From an uncultured Candidatus Saccharibacteria bacterium (GTDB lineage: Bacteria > Patescibacteriota > Minisyncoccia > UBA6257 > 2-01-FULL-56-20), in contig CAYUBE010000002.1 in the NCBI GenBank assembly GCA_964442965.1, forward strand, positions 1 to 63,682: DNA of 63,682 bases. Reading direction: 5' to 3'. The notes under the pieces were generated by a model, which was given only the letters and a program-made list of their open reading frames with translations, made no database searches and was not told where the DNA came from. The position numbers and the translations under genes are program-made. Below, one piece after another: positions 35,592 to 45,177 of the stretch; positions within the stretch are counted from its first letter, which is position 1; the number at the start of each line of letters is the position of its first letter.

Positions 35592-35756
35592 ATGAAAAAG
35601 AAGAAGTTGAAAGAGAGAATCAGAGACCTTGAATCTCAGAATATGCTTTTTGGTCCCGGAAGGGATAATTACGGACAAGATGAACTTCCCTTTAATTCTA
35701 CTAAAAGCAAGGGCTTTTTGAAAAAGCTCCTGCCTTTTTTCCAAAGAAAGAAATGA
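35592..35756 (+). CDS. small basic hypothetical protein (54 aa)
   Basis: Not in the ORF track (<60 aa). One of the few ORFs here with a canonical AAGGAG (35581-35586) 5 nt before the ATG. Confidence 0.3.
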   Translation: MKKKKLKERIRDLESQNMLFGPGRDNYGQDELPFNSTKSKGFLKKLLPFFQRKK

Positions 35757-35923
35757 GATCTTTCGAAGCTCGGCAATGATTATTTGCTGAGCTTTTTATT
35801 ACTTATACTGTGTGTTGTGAAACTTTCGAAAATGAATTTTTGCAATATCGTATATGGGTCCCTTGGCTAACGTTCGGGTCCTTCGACTCTTATACGCGAT
35901 AAAGATTATCCAATAAAATTTAT

Positions 35924-36000
35924 TGGTGCTCCCGGCAGGACTTGAACCTGCAACCTCTTGGTTCGAAGCCAAGCACTCTATCCAGTTGAGCTACGGGAGC
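35924..36000 (-). tRNA. tRNA-Arg (anticodon UCG), CCA encoded
   Basis: Acceptor GCTCCCG/CGGGAGC, anticodon loop CTTCGAA, T arm GCAGG-TTCAAGT-CCTGC, 3' ACCA. Confidence 0.9.
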
Positions 36001-36045
36001 ACCCTTCCATGGTATACCGATTCACCTCGATATTGCAACGCAATA

Positions 36046-36303
36046 TCAACGAGCCTTTAGTCTTTTCTCGACATTATCCATGCGCAATTGGAGATCAAGA
36101 ATATCGGCCTCGTGAATGTCGAATTTTTCCAGTTTGTTACGAATATCCTTAAATTCTTGGGCAACCATATTGAATCCATATGCAACTTGTTTCTCGAGTT
36201 TATCGACTCGTTTTTCAAGTGCAAGAAGGTCTGACTGCTTCGCCGTTTCCAAGAATCCTTTTTGGACCATGATGGCCAGGGTATCGAGCGTCATTTTGCT
36301 CAT
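36046..36303 (-). CDS. hypothetical coiled-coil protein
   Basis: 85-aa heptad-rich ORF with TATCAT 6 nt upstream of the ATG. Confidence 0.5.
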   Translation of the reverse strand: MSKMTLDTLAIMVQKGFLETAKQSDLLALEKRVDKLEKQVAYGFNMVAQEFKDIRNKLEKFDIHEADILDLQLRMDNVEKRLKAR

Positions 36304-36375
36304 GGTAGCATGATAGAGCCATGGAAAAAGAAGTCAAAAGTTTTTTAATAAATTTTTAATGCTATAATAGTTCCC

Positions 36376-37020
36376 ATGAGTGAAACTTCTCTTGTTCTTA
36401 TCGTATTCGAGATCATCGTCCTGCTCTTTTCGGCAATCTTGCATGAGATTGCGCATGGCTATGAAGCGGAGCGGTTAGGAGATGATACGGCGCGGCGCGC
36501 GGGGCGGTTGACGTTGAACCCCTTGGTGCATCTTGATTTCTTTACGTCCATCCTCATGCCGATCCTCCTTATTTGGGCAACGAATGGGGCGTTTTTTTTC
36601 GCCGCAGCGAAGCCGGTGCCCTACAATCCGAACAATCTGAAGAATCCCCGGAGCGGTTCAGCGAAGATCGCACTTGCGGGACCGTTGACTAATTTTCTTA
36701 TCGCGCTTGTTTTCAGCATCGCGCTGAGGATAACTGTTCTCTTTCCGGTTTCTGATGCGTTCATCCTGTTTCTCTCAATCATCGTGTACATCAATATCAT
36801 CCTCGGAATTTTTAACTTGATCCCGATCCCGCCCCTCGACGGTTCTCGTGTTCTGTTTGCGCTCTTGCCTCCAAGTCAAAGGGCGTATCAGGTTATGTAT
36901 TTCCTCGAACGCTGGGGCATCATGCTGGTTTTACTGTTCGTACTTTTCGGTTTTCAACTTATCGTTCCGGCTATACAATTCATTTTCACGCTCTTTACCG
37001 GCCAACCGATGCCGTTCTGA
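36376..37020 (+). CDS. site-2 protease family (M50) zinc metalloprotease
   Basis: HEIAHGY zinc motif, polytopic membrane protein, LIPIPPLDGS motif. Confidence 0.85.
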   Translation: MSETSLVLIVFEIIVLLFSAILHEIAHGYEAERLGDDTARRAGRLTLNPLVHLDFFTSILMPILLIWATNGAFFFAAAKPVPYNPNNLKNPRSGSAKIALAGPLTNFLIALVFSIALRITVLFPVSDAFILFLSIIVYINIILGIFNLIPIPPLDGSRVLFALLPPSQRAYQVMYFLERWGIMLVLLFVLFGFQLIVPAIQFIFTLFTGQPMPF

Positions 37021-37094
37021 GGGGCAGAGTAATGTTTATGGATTGAGATGACAGAAGATTGTCGTTATGCTACAGTGAACACTGTTTTGAAACC

Positions 37095-38270
37095 ATGCGC
37101 AGACGAAAGATAAAAGATATTGCGAAATCGGTTTTGCCCGAAAAAAACGCCCCCCATATCGCCGGGGGAGTTTCGGTTTTTATCATCAACCTTCTCGCGC
37201 TCCAGCTTATCCTTTTTCTCCTGCATTTTATGATTTACGAGACCATCGCGGCTGCGTTCGGCCTCAGTGGCTTCGTGCCCGCACTGATCTTTTGCCTGTT
37301 GTCCCTCACCTTTATTTCGGCGTCGCTTTTTGCGTCGGTCATGAGCAATGCCGCCGTCATCGCATACTACCGGCTTTCGGCGACATGGTTTTCCTTCGTC
37401 GCGCCTCTCTGCGCCGCCTGCGCGGCGTTCGTGGTCGTCGAAAACATCTTTCCATCATGGGGGTGGCTGGTCGCGCCGCTTACGGCGGGGATCTTTTGTT
37501 TTGGCATTGCGATTATTCTGTCTCTGTACGGCATCTGGAACGGCCTTCACCCCCGCATAACGAATGTTGCGGTGTCATTGCCAAACATTCCCAGTGCATG
37601 GCGCGGTCGGCGGATGGTTTTTTTCTCCGATGTCCATCTCGGCGATATCCGCGCGGCAGGCTTTTCGAAAAAGATCGTGAAGAAAGTACGGGCACTCGAT
37701 CCTTCGTTTGTTGCAATCGGCGGCGATTTCTTTGACGGCATGAAATGCGACGCCAAAAAATGCGTGGCGCCATTCAAGGATCTGCATCCGCCGCAGGGAA
37801 TATATTTCATCAGCGGCAATCATGAGTACATTCGCGATCGGGATGTTTTTTTTGGCGCCATCCGAAGCACCGGCATTACCATCCTGCACGATGAAAAGAT
37901 CAATCTCGACGGCGTCGATCTCGTGGGCGTCGATTGGAACGATACGGACAAGCGCGAGGATTTTTCCGAGGTTCTTAAAAATATAGGCATTACCAAAAAT
38001 CGGCCGACCATCCTTCTGCGGCACGTTCCGGATAATCTCGACATTGCCGAACGCGCCGGCGTGTCGCTTCAGTTGTCGGGCCATACGCATCGAGGGCAAT
38101 TCTGGCCGATCTCGCTCTGTACGCGTTACTTTTATAAGGGGTTCGATTACGGATTTCACTATTTCGGAAAGATGGCCGTGTACACTTCGAGTGGTATCGG
38201 GACATGGATGTCGCCATTCCGCCTGGGCACCAAAGCCGAGATCGTCGTGATCGAATTTCAAGGAAAATAA
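37095..38270 (+). CDS. membrane-anchored metallophosphoesterase
   Basis: N-terminal TM block, then SDVHLGD, GGDFFDG, SGNHEY, GHTHRGQ calcineurin-like motifs. Confidence 0.85.
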   Translation: MRRRKIKDIAKSVLPEKNAPHIAGGVSVFIINLLALQLILFLLHFMIYETIAAAFGLSGFVPALIFCLLSLTFISASLFASVMSNAAVIAYYRLSATWFSFVAPLCAACAAFVVVENIFPSWGWLVAPLTAGIFCFGIAIILSLYGIWNGLHPRITNVAVSLPNIPSAWRGRRMVFFSDVHLGDIRAAGFSKKIVKKVRALDPSFVAIGGDFFDGMKCDAKKCVAPFKDLHPPQGIYFISGNHEYIRDRDVFFGAIRSTGITILHDEKINLDGVDLVGVDWNDTDKREDFSEVLKNIGITKNRPTILLRHVPDNLDIAERAGVSLQLSGHTHRGQFWPISLCTRYFYKGFDYGFHYFGKMAVYTSSGIGTWMSPFRLGTKAEIVVIEFQGK

Positions 38271-38418
38271 TCTTTTCACAGGTGGAGAGTTTCTTTTTCG
38301 GAAGATTAGTATCCAGGCGAAAAAGGTGCCTGTTTTGCGGGACTATGAGTTCAAGCTCCACGAAACAGGCACCTTCTTCGCGTCTTCAATCTTCCCAAAA
38401 ACGGGAAAATCGGAGCGG

Positions 38419-38448
38419 TTGACAGGAAGACAGTATTTAGATTACAAT
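38419..38448 (+). promoter_or_regulatory. promoter of the tuf-rpsJ unit
   Basis: TTGACA 38419-38424, 18-nt spacer, TACAAT 38443-38448. Confidence 0.6.
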
Positions 38449-38571
38449 TCACCAGTAAATCTCCACCGGGCAACAGCGGGTCGATTGGTTGACGGTTGCC
38501 GCAACTCTCGCGAAGGGTTGTTTTTAAAGAGGAGGGGATGCGGATAATATAAAAATAATTTTTACATCACT

Positions 38572-39771
<1,200 letters not shown>

Positions 39772-39818
39772 CCACTGGCCACTAGAGGCTAGCCGCTAGT
39801 GGCTAAACACTAAACATC

Positions 39819-40151
39819 ATGGCAACAAAAAAAGAATCGGGTCTTCCCCAAAAAGTGCGGCTGCGGATCAAATCGTACGATTACAAATTGATCGATACGT
39901 CCGCGCGGCGCATCATTGAAGCGGCTGAACGGAATGACGCTCAGGTGGTCGGCCCGATTCCTTTGCCGACGGAGATCAAGCGCTATACGGTGAACCGATC
40001 GACGTTCATCGACAAAGACTCCCGCGAGCAGTTTGAATTGCGGATCCACAAGCGGCTGGTTGAGATATTGAATCCCAATCCGCGCATCGTAGAATCGCTT
40101 TCTAACTTGAATCTGCCCGCCGGCGTCGATATCGAGATCAAGATGGTGTAG
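39819..40151 (+). CDS. rpsJ: 30S ribosomal protein S10
   Basis: [21 protein letters not shown]...VVGPIPLPT. Confidence 0.95.
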   Translation: MATKKESGLPQKVRLRIKSYDYKLIDTSARRIIEAAERNDAQVVGPIPLPTEIKRYTVNRSTFIDKDSREQFELRIHKRLVEILNPNPRIVESLSNLNLPAGVDIEIKMV

Positions 40152-40161
40152 CTATTCAAAT

Positions 40162-40198
40162 AAAAATCCCTCCCGCTAGAGCGGGAGGGATTTTTATT
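40162..40198 (+). terminator. strong intrinsic terminator after rpsJ
   Basis: AAAAATCCCTCCCGC-TAGA-GCGGGAGGGATTTTT (15-bp stem) followed by a T-run. Confidence 0.85.
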
Positions 40199-40290
40199 TG
40201 GCTACCTTACGTTTGCATAATGCGGCAAGGGATAGTATATTGGGGGAAGTTCTAATAACATATGTTTCACAGGTTAAAAAGGAGATAAAA

Positions 40291-40881
40291 ATGTCGACAT
40301 CCGTTTTTGGAGGAATTGCGACTTTCGTTCGTCAAAGGATTTTCGCTTTTCTCACGGTTTTTTTCCTTATAGGGGTATTTCTGTTGCGTGTTAACCGACC
40401 ATCGTTTAATGTCATCCCTATCACTGCATTTGCATTGTGGATGGGAATAGAGTTTGATCGGAGGACATCGCTTGTATCAATTCTTTTGCTCATGATAGCG
40501 AGCGATCTACTCCTCGAATACCAATCATTGGCTGTTATGGTGGGGGTGTACCTCGCGGTTCTCTCGCAGGTTTTCATTGGTCTTTTGATTGGTAAAAACT
40601 CGCTCTCTCAAGGGGAAAAGGTAGATCTTTCTTTTATGGGAAGCGTCATCGGCACCCTGATCTTTTTCGTATTGACTAACGGGGCTTGGTGGGTGGCATG
40701 GTACCCACACACACTGGCGGGTTTCATCACGTGTCTTATTGCAGGCCTTCCGTTCTTATGGAAAAACCTGTTAGAAAATCTAACAGGGATGACGATATTT
40801 TTAGGGGTTTCCGCAACTCTTGCTCATTTTTCTCGAATTTATGAAGAAAAGACAGAAATTCAAGGCATGTTTTCTTCGTAA
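40291..40881 (+). CDS. hypothetical polytopic membrane protein
   Basis: About 196 aa with 5-6 TM segments. ATG 40291 is preceded by AAAAAGGAGATAAAA (a canonical SD, unusual in this window). Confidence 0.6.
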   Translation: MSTSVFGGIATFVRQRIFAFLTVFFLIGVFLLRVNRPSFNVIPITAFALWMGIEFDRRTSLVSILLLMIASDLLLEYQSLAVMVGVYLAVLSQVFIGLLIGKNSLSQGEKVDLSFMGSVIGTLIFFVLTNGAWWVAWYPHTLAGFITCLIAGLPFLWKNLLENLTGMTIFLGVSATLAHFSRIYEEKTEIQGMFSS

Positions 40882-40915
40882 ATTTTATAAGTTCTTTCTT
40901 TCGCGCTTCCGTGTG

Positions 40916-41908
40916 TTATACGGAAGCGCATTTTTTTAAGAATTTTTTAATGAGCGGTTCTGCTTCTTCCAATTTCGTGATCCATCGGATGTTCTTGTCT
41001 TTTCGAAACCACGTCATCTGGCGCTTGGCGTAGTGCCACGTGTTGTGCTTTATGATATCCGCCGCTTGTTCGAGAGATATTTTTCCGTCGAGATAATCAA
41101 TGATTTCGCGATAACCGATCGCGTCGAATGCGGCGCAGGTTTTTCCATATTTTTTAACGAGCGTTTCGACTTCATTCACGAGGCCGTCTTGTAGCATGAG
41201 ATCAATGCGCAGATCGATCCGTTCACGCAGAACTTCCGGCAGGAGATTCATCCCTATTTTCAGGGAGTCAAAAATCGGCTCGTTCTTTATCCGTTGTGCC
41301 GTGAACGGCTCACCCGTCAGTATGGCTACCTCGAGTGCACGCACGACGCGCCGCGGATTTTGAGGATCGACGACGTTCGCCGCTTCGGGATCGCGATCAA
41401 CGAGTTTTTTGAAGACTGCAGCGAGGCCGTGTTCTGCGATATCATTTTCGATCTCGGCGCGCAATTCGGGGTCCGCTTTTATTTTCGGAATATCGAGGTT
41501 GTTGAGCACGGTATCAATGTAAAGCCCGGTACCACCGACGAGGATTGGCAGTTTGCCGCGATGAAGGATGTCGTTAACGAGTGCAATCGCATCGCGTTTG
41601 TAATCAGCCGCCGTATAATCTTCATCCGGATCCTTTATGTCGATGAGATGATAGGGAGTGCCTTGAGGTATGAGGTATGAGGTGTGAGGTATGATTTTTT
41701 TCTCATAATTCCTACCTCCTAGCTCATAGCTCGATATCTTCGCCGTTCCGATGTCCATGCCGCGATAGATTTGGCGCGAATCGGCGGAAACGATCTCGCC
41801 ATTATATTTTTTCGCGAGCATGATCCCGAGCGTGGTTTTCCCGCTTGCGGTAGGACCGACAATTGCAATGATTTTCGATTTTGATTGAGTATGCATAAAA
41901 TTTTTCAC
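40916..41908 (-). CDS. miaA: tRNA dimethylallyltransferase
   Basis: P-loop GPTASGKT, SADSRQIYRGMDIGTAK, LVGGTGLY. Confidence 0.92.
   Translation of the reverse strand: MKNFMHTQSKSKIIAIVGPTASGKTTLGIMLAKKYNGEIVSADSRQIYRGMDIGTAKISSYELGGRNYEKKIIPHTSYLIPQGTPYHLIDIKDPDEDYTAADYKRDAIALVNDILHRGKLPILVGGTGLYIDTVLNNLDIPKIKADPELRAEIENDIAEHGLAAVFKKLVDRDPEAANVVDPQNPRRVVRALEVAILTGEPFTAQRIKNEPIFDSLKIGMNLLPEVLRERIDLRIDLMLQDGLVNEVETLVKKYGKTCAAFDAIGYREIIDYLDGKISLEQAADIIKHNTWHYAKRQMTWFRKDKNIRWITKLEEAEPLIKKFLKKCASV
41665..41732 (-). repeat. in-frame word-repeat hairpin inside miaA
   Basis: GAGGTATGAGGTATGAGGTGTGAGGTATGA - T7 - CTCATAATTCCTACCTCCTAGCTCATAGCTC. Encodes about 18 extra residues between GTAK and PYHLIDI. 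Confidence 0.6.
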
Positions 41909-41985
41909 GCCGTACTGATCGGGCTTCTTACTTGTTAATTTGTTTAAATTAGCAAATAAGAAATTCGAGGGTTATTCGACCGGCA

Positions 41986-42014
41986 TTGTCATGAAGCGAT
42001 ATTCGTATTATAAT
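41986..42014 (+). promoter_or_regulatory. promoter of RNase P RNA
   Basis: TTGTCA 41986-41991, 17-nt spacer, TATAAT 42009-42014. Confidence 0.6.
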
Positions 42015-42017
42015 GGA

Positions 42018-42448
42018 AATCGGCAATTCAGGCGATTACTCTTCTCGCTTTCGGGCAGGGAGAGAGGAAAGTCCGGACACTCGTCCCGCTTAGCGGGACA
42101 AAGATACAGGCTAACAGCCTGCCGTCGTAAGATGAGAGGTGCGAGCAGTGACGCCGAACATCGAAAGGTGTGAGGCGCCCTTCATAGCTTTAGCGAAGAA
42201 GGGCGAACTCTGCCATAACATTATCCCACTCCGCTCCTGATCGGAGCTTCGCGGGACACGCAAAAAAGCAGAGGTGAAACGGCAAAATCCTTATCGAGTG
42301 CAAGGCCGTGTCCTGCGTAGCTCCGCAAGGAGTGAAGCAGGAAGTGCCGCTAGAACCTGCGAGCAATCAAAGGTCCAGATAAATGACCGCCTCTGTGTTC
42401 CGCGAGAGCGAAACACAGAGACAGAATCCGGCTTATCGAATTACCAAT
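42018..42448 (+). ncRNA. rnpB: RNase P RNA (bacterial type A)
   Basis: Universally conserved P4 strands GAGGAAAGTCCGGAC (about 42060) and ACAGAATCCGGCTTA (42421-42435). P1 pairing GGCAATTC/GAATTACC. Ends are approximate. Confidence 0.88.
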
Positions 42449-42482
42449 CAAAACCCCCGCAAAAGCGGGGATTTTGATTTTC
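42446..42482 (+). terminator. intrinsic terminator after rnpB
   Basis: AATCAAAACCCCCGC-AAAA-GCGGGGATTTTGATT followed by a T-run. Confidence 0.8.
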
Positions 42483-42506
42483 GGGTTGAGCGTTCCATAT
42501 GGGAGG

Positions 42507-43130
42507 CTATTTTTTCTTGGTTGCGTCCGCTACCCGCCAGAGATACCACGCGGCGGCGGTGCGGTAGGGATGCCAGCGCTCGCCGTGCGCGAGGATTTCT
42601 TTCGGTGTCGGTAAGTCCGATTTTTTGTAAGCATGGCGGAATCCGTTGCGGATGCCGAAATCGTCCGCTGGCAAAACGTTCGGCCGCCCGAGTTGGAAGA
42701 TCAAAAGCATCTCGACCGTCCAGCGCCCGACGCCGCGGACCTGCGTCAGCCGCTCAATGATCTCGCCATCGGATAGTTTCACGATCTGCCGCGATGTCGG
42801 AACAATGCCAGCTATAGTTTTTGCCGCAATGTCGCGGATTGCGGCAATCTTTGCATGCGAAAATCCGCAGGCGCGGATTTGTTTATCGGTCACGCGTGAA
42901 AGATCTTCCGGATGGGGGAATCGCCGGCCGGGAAACAATTTTTTGAAACGAGCGAGAATGGTATTCGCCGCCGTGCCGTTCAGTTGCTGGTGCGCCACTG
43001 CCTGCACGAGCGATTCGAAAGGCGACCGGCGCGTTTCCGGCACCAGTTCGTATGAGCCGACCTCGCGGATGATCCGCCGCATAACAGGATCGACGCTCGA
43101 AAGATGCTTACGTGCTTTTGTATTCCTCAT
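42507..43130 (-). CDS. DNA-3-methyladenine glycosylase II-like (HhH-GPD family)
   Basis: HhH motif LTQVRGVGRWTVEMLLIF, followed by LPADDFGIRNG. Confidence 0.85.
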   Translation of the reverse strand: MRNTKARKHLSSVDPVMRRIIREVGSYELVPETRRSPFESLVQAVAHQQLNGTAANTILARFKKLFPGRRFPHPEDLSRVTDKQIRACGFSHAKIAAIRDIAAKTIAGIVPTSRQIVKLSDGEIIERLTQVRGVGRWTVEMLLIFQLGRPNVLPADDFGIRNGFRHAYKKSDLPTPKEILAHGERWHPYRTAAAWYLWRVADATKKK

Positions 43131-43275
43131 GGTGTTTATTATAACCCAGAAAAGAGAGCCTTCTCTGCGTCCTGCGGGCTTACCAGAGAGTTCTTGTGTT
43201 GGGCGTTATAAGAACTATGATTGTGGAAAGGTCGATCGTATTTTATTAATTAATAAACTAATTACAATTTTATCT

Positions 43276-43647
43276 ATGGATATTTCCGCCATCATTGCTC
43301 AGGTTTTGGGAATTCTCTTTGTTCTGGTCGGCCTCTCGATGATTTTCAATAGTAAAGCTGCCGCTAGCGCCATAGAAGAGTCGGTTCAGAATAAGGGTAT
43401 CTTGTGGCTGTGGGGATTTCTCGCCGTATTGATCGGTGCCGTGGTGGTCGTGCTCAATAACGCGTGGACCTCCGGCCTGCCGCTCCTTATCACCATTCTC
43501 GGATGGATCGCTCTTGTGAAAGGGGTGTTCATCCTTTCATGTCCCAAGGCCGCCGTCTCACTCTATAAAAGATTCAACAAGAGCGGCACACTCATGCTTT
43601 GTGGGATAATTGCGCTTGTCTTTGGTTTAATACTGCTTTATTGGTAA
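43276..43647 (+). CDS. small hypothetical membrane protein
   Basis: ATG 43276 (MDISAIIAQVLGILFVLVG), 4 TM segments. The upstream part of ORF 42646.. is antisense to the glycosylase and is rejected. Confidence 0.6.
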   Translation: MDISAIIAQVLGILFVLVGLSMIFNSKAAASAIEESVQNKGILWLWGFLAVLIGAVVVVLNNAWTSGLPLLITILGWIALVKGVFILSCPKAAVSLYKRFNKSGTLMLCGIIALVFGLILLYW

Positions 43648-43808
43648 TCCATATTCGTCAAAAAAACGGCTTCGAGGGCGGAGCTGTTTTTTGGTACACC
43701 TCCACGCACTAAAGCGTGGGGGATTCATCGTGTCGAGGGTTCCAGTTCATTTTACGCAACACCTTTTTTTATCGTGTAGTATCGGATGTGGTATAATAAA
43801 ATAAAACC

Positions 43809-45161
43809 ATGTCCCCAAAATTAAAGATAACGCTTATCGTGATCATTGCGGTAATTATTGCGGGAGCGGGAAGCATCTTGCTCTATCGGTTTTTTTCCGC
43901 ACCTTCTTCAGATGGCCAGGCGGTCCACGGGAGTGCGCCGATTTCGCCCCAGCAGGAAGTGAATGCGCTCACTATTTACGACTGGTGGACCTCTCCTTCG
44001 GAATCGACGGCCATCACCGCCCTCGTCGGAGTTTTTGAAGCGCAATATCCGAACGTTGCGGTGATCGCGGCTCCCGTGACTGGTGGGGCGGGGTTTAACA
44101 TGATACCGATTGTCCAGTCGCTCGTGGCCGCAGGACAGGCACCCGATGCATTTCAGATGCATGCCGGCTATGAAGCGCGTCCCTACTTTGATGCGGGGCT
44201 TTTGAGTCAGATCGATGACATTTGGGATTCACAAGGATTGAAGCAGGTCATGCCATCTATTATTCAGCAGATGTGCCAGTTTGACGGCCATTTCTATTCT
44301 GTCCCGGTGGACGTTCACCGAAGTAATGTCATTTGGTATAACAAGGTTGTTCTCGACAAATATCATATCGATCCCGCGACTCTTACGACGTGGAACGCTC
44401 TTTTTGCCGCCGCGGCGAAACTACAGGCGAACGGCATGCCGGCACCGATTCAGATGGGCGAATCGTGGACGGCAGCTCAGGTTTTCGAAACAATCGTAGC
44501 CGGAGAAGGAAGTGACTTCTATCAGGATTGGATTAACGGAAAAGTAACGTCGCCGAGCGATCCGAAGTTAGTTGATGCTCTGCAGACATTCAAAAAATAT
44601 TTATCCTATACCAATCAGGATTCTGGAACTGTAACGTGGAACACTGCGGTCGATAGGGTGGTGCAGGGGCAGGGAGCGTTTAATTTGATGGGCGACTGGG
44701 CCGATGGAGAATTCAAGCTGACAGGTATGAAATATGGCCAGGGATACGGGGATATCATTGCTCCGGGCACGCAAGGGATGTATGGCATGGTGATGGATAC
44801 GTTCCAACATCCGGAAGGAACATCCCATCCGACCAATTCTGACCGTTGGTTGGAGGTCGTTGCATCGCGCGCGGGACAGGATGCATTCAATCCTCCGAAA
44901 GGGTCTATTTCTCCTCGGAGCGATTCGGATGCTACGAAATATGACGCTTATCAGCAATCGGCTATGATGGACTTTAAATCCGCTGCCCATTATTTTCCGA
45001 GCGTCGCAAACGGCAGCGGCGCACCGCAGAGTTTCGAACTGCCCTTCATTACGATCATGGGAAACTTTGTCGCCGATCGCAACATTACTGAAGCCGCAGA
45101 TGCCATCACGAGCACAACGCTCAAGGTTCTGCCAGACTATAACAGAGTATGGTCGTTGTAG
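43809..45161 (+). CDS. ABC transporter substrate-binding protein (family 1, sugar-type)
   Basis: 450 aa, N-terminal TM anchor, SBP family 1-like composition (LTIYDWW..., GDWADGEF). Confidence 0.75.
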   Translation: MSPKLKITLIVIIAVIIAGAGSILLYRFFSAPSSDGQAVHGSAPISPQQEVNALTIYDWWTSPSESTAITALVGVFEAQYPNVAVIAAPVTGGAGFNMIPIVQSLVAAGQAPDAFQMHAGYEARPYFDAGLLSQIDDIWDSQGLKQVMPSIIQQMCQFDGHFYSVPVDVHRSNVIWYNKVVLDKYHIDPATLTTWNALFAAAAKLQANGMPAPIQMGESWTAAQVFETIVAGEGSDFYQDWINGKVTSPSDPKLVDALQTFKKYLSYTNQDSGTVTWNTAVDRVVQGQGAFNLMGDWADGEFKLTGMKYGQGYGDIIAPGTQGMYGMVMDTFQHPEGTSHPTNSDRWLEVVASRAGQDAFNPPKGSISPRSDSDATKYDAYQQSAMMDFKSAAHYFPSVANGSGAPQSFELPFITIMGNFVADRNITEAADAITSTTLKVLPDYNRVWSL

Positions 45162-45177
45162 GAATTGACCTCTTCCT

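Noticed and set aside
38323-38375. The 13-bp inverted repeat AAGGTGCCTGTTT...AAACAGGCACCTT, with a T-arm-like GAGTTCAAGCTC in its loop, as a tRNA-like element.
   Set aside because: No cloverleaf can be drawn (no acceptor or anticodon arms). It most likely acts as a terminator or stabiliser hairpin after the metallophosphoesterase gene.
42646-43275. The N-terminal two thirds of the 333-aa plus-strand ORF 42646..43647.
   Set aside because: This part is antisense to the HhH-GPD glycosylase. Only the last 123 codons, from ATG 43276 (a hydrophobic 4-TM protein with its own upstream AT-rich region), are credible.
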